From NCBI RefSeq assembly GCF_037042905.1, contig NC_087249.1, positions 54,932,001 through 54,996,000 of the forward strand: a stretch of 64,000 bases of DNA, read 5' to 3'. The notes beneath the pieces are model-generated. The model was not told the DNA's origin and did no database searches. It saw only the letters and a list, made by a program, of their open reading frames with translations. This DNA comes from Lytechinus pictus (lineage: Eukaryota). Below, in pieces: positions 62,901 to 64,000 of the stretch (its first letter is position 1; the number at the start of each line of letters is the position of its first letter). The translations under genes and the position numbers were made by a program.

Positions 62901-63658
62901 ATATATATATGGTACATGTATATATATTCTTAAAAGTATTTTAAAATATAACTCATCTCCTTCCCCCTCTTCACAGGAACATGCCTGATATGGCACCAGT
63001 TCAGCTAGCCTCCACCAGAGCCACTCGATATGAAGAAATACCTGCAGCTAGCCACATCCTACAGAGAAGCTATATACCCCGGGCAGCTGCTTCAATGCAG
63101 TGGCTGGGAAGAGGCTATACACAAGCAGCGTACGGTGAACTAGATGTTGTAGGAGTAGTTGTGTCACAGGATGAACCTAGGTAAGCTTGGGATGAATGCT
63201 GCATAGGTAAAGGCTTAATGCAATATCTGTGACATAGTTAATTGGCCAAAGAAACTCTTTCTTTGAGAAGCAAGTATATTATCACAGAAGTTGCATTGCA
63301 AATATAAAACTGCATTTTAATTATGTTTGAAGAGAACCAAGATAGCAATTCTAATTATCTTTTTTTTAATGATTTCCACTGTACCTCTGAAACAAGTTGA
63401 CATTTCCTTTTTAAGAAAACACTTATCTATCAATTTGTTACCTCAAAATAAGTTGTGCATTGTATTAAAAATCACTGAGAGACGGATTTAATTCTGTATA
63501 TAAGCTCTGTAATATACATAATGGTATTACATGTTGATTTTCAAATTTCTTCTCCTTATCTAAGCAGGCAGCATCTAGGCAGTTCTCACTCTCATGTAGT
63601 TTATCTAGCTGATCAGGATACAGCTATCATGGCTATCAAATTCTGGACCAGTCCTGCG
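2847..63658 (+). CDS. BRCA2: BRCA2 ortholog, spliced gene span (22 coding exons, >=3646 aa, 3' end beyond window)
   Basis: Hand-assembled exon chain with canonical GT-AG sites and matching phases, total 10,938 nt divisible by 3. Contains BRC repeats and DNA-binding-domain hallmarks ([46 protein letters not shown]). Confidence 0.97.
3530..3684 (+). CDS. BRCA2: BRCA2 coding exon 2, PALB2-binding motif ([10 protein letters not shown])
   Basis: tttcag acceptor, GTGAGA donor; resembles human LGPISLNWFEEL. Confidence 0.85.
4242..5006. mobile_element. Foldback MITE (possibly PIF/Harbinger-like)
   Basis: TIR ggg..gtattctgaaaattgtcttaa / ttaagacaatttttagaatac..ccc; CTG flanks on both sides. Confidence 0.7.
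5265..5442 (+). CDS. BRCA2: BRCA2 coding exon 3 (DILKTPQ...IFSTPGLF...)
   Basis: ctag acceptor, GTGAGA donor, open frame, phases 0/1; resembles human LFKTPQ...STPIIF. Confidence 0.85.
6330..7525 (-). mobile_element. Decayed non-LTR retrotransposon (LINE, CR1/L2-group-like) RT fragment
   Basis: Minus-strand [21 protein letters not shown] (GVPQGSxLGP motif) and KYVDDTT (YxDD), with frameshifts; boundaries approximate. Confidence 0.8.
7999..8258 (+). CDS. BRCA2: BRCA2 coding exon 4
   Basis: Open frame (ORF 7962) with TP-rich motifs (LFKTPS, CSTP); phases 1/0 fit both neighbours; GTACGT donor; aag acceptor is weaker. Confidence 0.75.
9523..9681 (+). CDS. BRCA2: BRCA2 coding exon 5 ([29 protein letters not shown])
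   Basis: Strong match to conserved human [22 protein letters not shown]; cag/GTGAGT boundaries. Confidence 0.92.
9761..11068 (+). mobile_element. HINE/Tsp/pearl-like non-autonomous element, family B, 6 x ~155-bp internal repeats
   Basis: 5' T-run + gtctcgcccac hairpin + (GTCC)n microsatellite, tandem units, 3' inverted copy gtgggcgagg and ...cttgtt end. Confidence 0.85.
10298..10443. mobile_element. MITE with 5-bp TSD (AAGTT), nested in the family B element
   Basis: TIR caggggccgcggaac / gttccgtggcccctg; the empty site is visible in neighbouring repeat units. Confidence 0.9.
11594..13250 (+). CDS. BRCA2: BRCA2 coding exon 6 (large, low-complexity)
   Basis: 1657-nt open frame (ORF 11630), cag acceptor, GTAAGT donor, phases 0/1. 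Confidence 0.88.
13452..14162 (+). mobile_element. HINE-like family A, copy 1
   Basis: 5' gtctcacctgca...gtgagac hairpin, (GGC)n tract, ~3 internal units, 3' tgcaggtgagac...cacttgtt. Confidence 0.88.
14372..15927 (-). mobile_element. SINE (tRNA head lost), split by family A copy 2
   Basis: (AAT)n tail + ggcatttatatagcgc at left, body ggtaccca...cacctgggt at 15775-15927; homologous to the SINE at 40053. Confidence 0.7.
14448..15774 (+). mobile_element. HINE-like family A, copy 2 (~7 units, ~163-bp period)
   Basis: Same termini as copy 1, with G/C variant of the inverted repeats. Confidence 0.9.
15949..16690. mobile_element. piggyBac-type MITE
   Basis: TTAA at 15945 and 16691; TIR ccctttagcacct / aggtgctataggg (1 mismatch). 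Confidence 0.85.
17142..23354 (+). CDS. BRCA2: BRCA2 coding exon 7, giant BRC-repeat exon (6213 nt; human exon 11 equivalent)
   Basis: ORF 17120 of 2080 aa with ~25 F-x-x-[AG]-x-G...VS...L.KA...L/F motifs; cccag acceptor, GTAAGT donor. Confidence 0.96.
21305..22783 (+). repeat. Coding tandem array: 13 x ~114-bp (38-aa) BRC units ([27 protein letters not shown]...)
   Basis: Period of 114 bp visible directly (21305, 21419, ...); one unit is 111 bp; a degenerate 14th unit follows. Confidence 0.95.
24026..24598. mobile_element. TTAA-flanked MITE (Kolobok-type), copy 1
   Basis: ttaa-aggtcaagtccac ... gtggacttgtcct-ttaa; homologous copy at 48607. Confidence 0.85.
24715..25114. mobile_element. Palindromic MITE
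   Basis: Long inverted arms ggcccgaattcac...ggtggttttt / aaaaaccacc...gaattcgggcc. Confidence 0.8.
25305..25376 (+). CDS. BRCA2: BRCA2 coding exon 8 (PPRRVNEK...SNPT)
   Basis: tttcag/GTTAGT, 72 nt, phases 1/1, open frame. Confidence 0.7.
25696..25852. mobile_element. Short MITE with CAG flanks, carrying X-box-like and CCAAT motifs
   Basis: TIR gggagcgtttcat / atgaaatgctccc; homologous copy at 38131. Confidence 0.8.
26758..26818 (+). CDS. BRCA2: BRCA2 coding exon 9 ([11 protein letters not shown]...)
   Basis: tttttag/GTAAGA, phases 1/2 bridge the neighbouring exons; loosely like human GTIKDRR. Confidence 0.7.
27454..27652 (+). CDS. BRCA2: BRCA2 coding exon 10 (...[16 protein letters not shown])
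   Basis: TAGTAG tandem acceptor (start 27454 or 27457), GTATGA donor; matches human NARDIQDMRIKKK. Confidence 0.85.
27779..28227 (+). repeat. Minisatellite, 6 x 75-77 bp, embedded in a decayed minus-strand SINE (~27690-28395)
   Basis: Unit atttcaatctaatttttctgcacacagtgtatacgcactctccgttcctaggggagtattccagccagtt...; SINE-like gggtggagagtggcaaa and gggattcaaa downstream. Confidence 0.9.
29575..29693. repeat. Long hairpin (~53-bp arms), probably the end of an unclassified mobile element (~28970-29710)
   Basis: gtgcga.cgttccgaatattgca...ctattcaac / gttgaatag...tgcaatattcggaacg.tcgcac. Confidence 0.7.
31675..31894. mobile_element. CACTG-ended MITE (CACTA/EnSpm-like), 2-bp TG TSD
   Basis: Perfect TIR cactgcaaaaactctgg / ccagagtttttgcagtg; internal aacacca repeats. 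Confidence 0.85.
33785..34379. mobile_element. TTAA-flanked MITE (Kolobok-type)
   Basis: ttaa-agaggaatccagcc ... ggttggattctcct-ttaa. Confidence 0.75.
34924..35102. mobile_element. hAT-type MITE
   Basis: caggcgcggatc ... gatccgccagtg with 8-bp TSD tctcagat/tctcatat (1 mismatch). Confidence 0.75.
36932..37048 (+). CDS. BRCA2: BRCA2 coding exon 11 ([12 protein letters not shown]...RISLKDFV...)
   Basis: Matches human PQPGSLY...RISLKAAVGGQVP; acag/GTAAGA. Confidence 0.9.
38131..38287. mobile_element. Second copy of the X-box/CCAAT MITE
   Basis: Close homology to 25696-25852; CAG flanks. Confidence 0.8.
38380..40054 (-). mobile_element. HINE-like family D element (~1.67 kb), inserted in the (AAT)n tail of a SINE
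   Basis: Subterminal IR ttaggtgatctgtc (38412) / gacagatcacctaa (40041), terminal hairpin tgatctgtc-gatt-gacagatca, and a minus-strand 3' end ...CTAGTT. Confidence 0.8.
38720..38790 (-). other. tRNA-like Pol III cassette (A box, B box, downstream T-run); not a foldable tRNA
   Basis: Minus strand cagctcgattggtaaggc...ggttcgaagcc followed ~12 nt later by T7; acceptor and anticodon stems do not pair. Confidence 0.6.
40053..40350 (-). mobile_element. Full-length tRNA-derived SINE
   Basis: Minus strand ggaagcgccgtggtgtagcgg (A box) ... gttcgaatcc (B box), conserved body and (TTA)n tail. Confidence 0.88.
43285..47005. mobile_element. Complex rearranged DNA-transposon remnant with subterminal TCACGGACGGAC motifs
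   Basis: Motif repeated in both orientations (43296, 43475, 43690, 44957, 46400, 46612, 46801, 46985), with internal direct and inverted duplications; boundaries approximate. Confidence 0.55.
44980..45946 (+). mobile_element. HINE-like family A, copy 3 (4-5 units)
   Basis: Same termini as copy 1 (A/T variant). Confidence 0.9.
47706..48309. mobile_element. TTAA-flanked palindromic MITE (Kolobok-type)
   Basis: ttaa-agggatggtccaggctg ... cagcctggaccatccct-ttaa, perfect TIR plus internal IRs. Confidence 0.9.
48607..49135. mobile_element. TTAA-flanked MITE (Kolobok-type), copy 2 of the 24026 family
   Basis: Same TIRs and body as 24026-24598. Confidence 0.85.
49471..49638. mobile_element. MITE with 5-bp TSD (CTTTT), inverted copy of the 10298 family
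   Basis: TIR caggggccgcggaa / ttccgcggcccctg. Confidence 0.9.
50048..50235 (+). CDS. BRCA2: BRCA2 coding exon 12, helical domain (LFGNG...GILLADSG...AGKKEFY)
   Basis: Matches human [24 protein letters not shown]; 188 nt; cag/GTAAGA. Confidence 0.93.
50776..51202 (+). mobile_element. HINE-like family A, copy 4 (3'-truncated, 2 units)
   Basis: Intact 5' end; breaks off and is followed by a repeat of its own upstream flank. Confidence 0.85.
51244..52234 (+). mobile_element. HINE-like family A, copy 5 (near-identical to copy 2)
   Basis: Same diagnostic unit variants in the same order as 14448-15774. Confidence 0.9.
52594..52722 (+). CDS. BRCA2: BRCA2 coding exon 13 ([13 protein letters not shown]...NHYKWIIWK)
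   Basis: Hallmark helical-domain motif; ttttcag/GTAAGA. Confidence 0.96.
53524..53722 (+). CDS. BRCA2: BRCA2 coding exon 14 ([14 protein letters not shown]...LRKILERDD)
   Basis: Hallmark helical/OB1 motif; tacag/GTGATT. Confidence 0.95.
54216..54395 (+). CDS. BRCA2: BRCA2 coding exon 15, OB1 (LELTDGWH...[15 protein letters not shown])
   Basis: Matches human IELTDGWY...GAELVGSPDACTPLE; tttag/GTTGGT. Confidence 0.95.
55054..55233 (+). CDS. BRCA2: BRCA2 coding exon 16 ([12 protein letters not shown]...[10 protein letters not shown]...YPMQ)
   Basis: Matches human LKISANSTRPARW...DGGNVGCVDVIIQRAYPIQ; ctag/GTAAGA. Confidence 0.95.
55630..56430 (+). repeat. Tandem array of 11 copies (10 intronic + the real one) of the intron end and first ~35 nt of coding exon 17
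   Basis: Unit taatgtttAG-TTCATGGAGAAACTCCCAGAG(G)nAAGTGTG...tactgtaatgatggtataa; unit lengths ~69-72 and ~82-83 bp. Confidence 0.95.
56393..56546 (+). CDS. BRCA2: BRCA2 coding exon 17, OB2/tower ([20 protein letters not shown]...)
   Basis: Matches human [22 protein letters not shown]; only the last array copy reads through; GTATTC donor, phase 1. Confidence 0.92.
57265..59429. mobile_element. Possible old TTAA-flanked element hosting family C
   Basis: ttaa-tcct... and ...aggg-ttaa ends; weak TIR; some similarity to window positions ~140-180. Confidence 0.35.
57605..58879 (+). mobile_element. HINE-like family C (5 x ~150-bp units, last one interrupted by a ~58323-58685 minus-strand LINE-tail-like insert)
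   Basis: 5' atgcccgtc-cta-gacggg hairpin, (GTCC/GTCT)n, 3' gacgggcgt IR + hairpin + cttgtt end. Confidence 0.85.
59653..59762 (+). repeat. (TCTA)n/(TCTG)n compound microsatellite abutting the exon 18 acceptor
   Basis: Directly visible. Confidence 0.9.
59770..59891 (+). CDS. BRCA2: BRCA2 coding exon 18 (...[21 protein letters not shown])
   Basis: Matches human [27 protein letters not shown] tandem acceptor (59767 or 59770); GTTAGT donor. Confidence 0.92.
61164..61283 (+). CDS. BRCA2: BRCA2 coding exon 19 ([15 protein letters not shown]...NDMKQANLQ)
   Basis: Matches human [25 protein letters not shown]; ctag/GTAAAA. Confidence 0.9.
61338..61512. mobile_element. Short palindromic MITE
   Basis: ggtcacatttgctctacggcggccgtacgg / ccgtacggccgccatagagtaaatgtgacc. 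Confidence 0.8.
62051..62232 (+). CDS. BRCA2: BRCA2 coding exon 20 ([11 protein letters not shown]...LTIWRP...EGKRFRI)
   Basis: Matches human RDVTTVWKLRI...[22 protein letters not shown]; ttcag/GTAATT. Confidence 0.93.
62977..63180 (+). CDS. BRCA2: BRCA2 coding exon 21 ([11 protein letters not shown]...YIPR...[10 protein letters not shown])
   Basis: Matches human IQLAATKKTQY...YQPR...EVDLIGFVVS; acag/GTAAGC. Confidence 0.92.
63568..63658 (+). CDS. BRCA2: BRCA2 coding exon 22, OB3 ([17 protein letters not shown])
   Basis: Matches human VYLSDECYNLLAIKFW; cag/GTGAGT. Confidence 0.9.
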
Positions 63659-64000
63659 GTGAGTTGGGATATCATGATTCATATCATTTCTGAATTCTGA
63701 CCTGCTGATTAAAACTGTCTTTCTTTGTTTTTAAAACTGATGAAAAGAGTGAAATTTTAGCTCTAAAATGATATATATATATATATATATATTTATGAAT
63801 ATAACTAGGTAGATTATAGACCATATTGAACCCTGAATTTTGACAGGTGGTAGAGTGTTTCATAAAATGATGCTATGGAGCCTAATTTAATAATTGGCTG
63901 GAAATAATTCATGTGATCAATCTTTCTTTTTTTTTTAGCTAACAGGCAAATTTTCCAATGGCTTGTACTAATGATTAATTTTAGATTAATTTTATTGACC

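Overview
Eukaryotic, AT-rich, intron- and repeat-rich DNA. It is probably from a marine invertebrate deuterostome such as a sea urchin; this is inferred from the repeat families and not proven. Almost the whole window is one + strand gene, BRCA2. I traced 22 coding exons by hand from ATG 2847 to 63658. All have GT-AG boundaries with matching phases and sum to 10,938 nt (3,646 aa), and the gene continues past the window end. Recognisable parts are the N-terminal PALB2-binding WF motif, the SW[ST]SSLATPP motif, a 6.2-kb BRC exon, and the helical, OB1, OB2/tower and start of OB3 DNA-binding domains. The most unusual features are: (1) about 25 BRC-like repeats, including a young tandem block of 13 units of ~114 bp that carry FxxG instead of canonical FxxA; (2) an intronic array of 10 duplicated copies of the splice acceptor plus first codons of the tower exon, directly ahead of the real acceptor; (3) four families of Helentron-associated-type (HINE/Tsp/pearl-like) non-autonomous elements with clustered AGGTCA nuclear-receptor half-sites, three of them in ~150-165 bp tandem units and the fourth carrying a tRNA-like Pol III cassette. 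Introns also hold tRNA-SINEs, LINE fragments and many MITEs. No prokaryotic system or CRISPR array is present.
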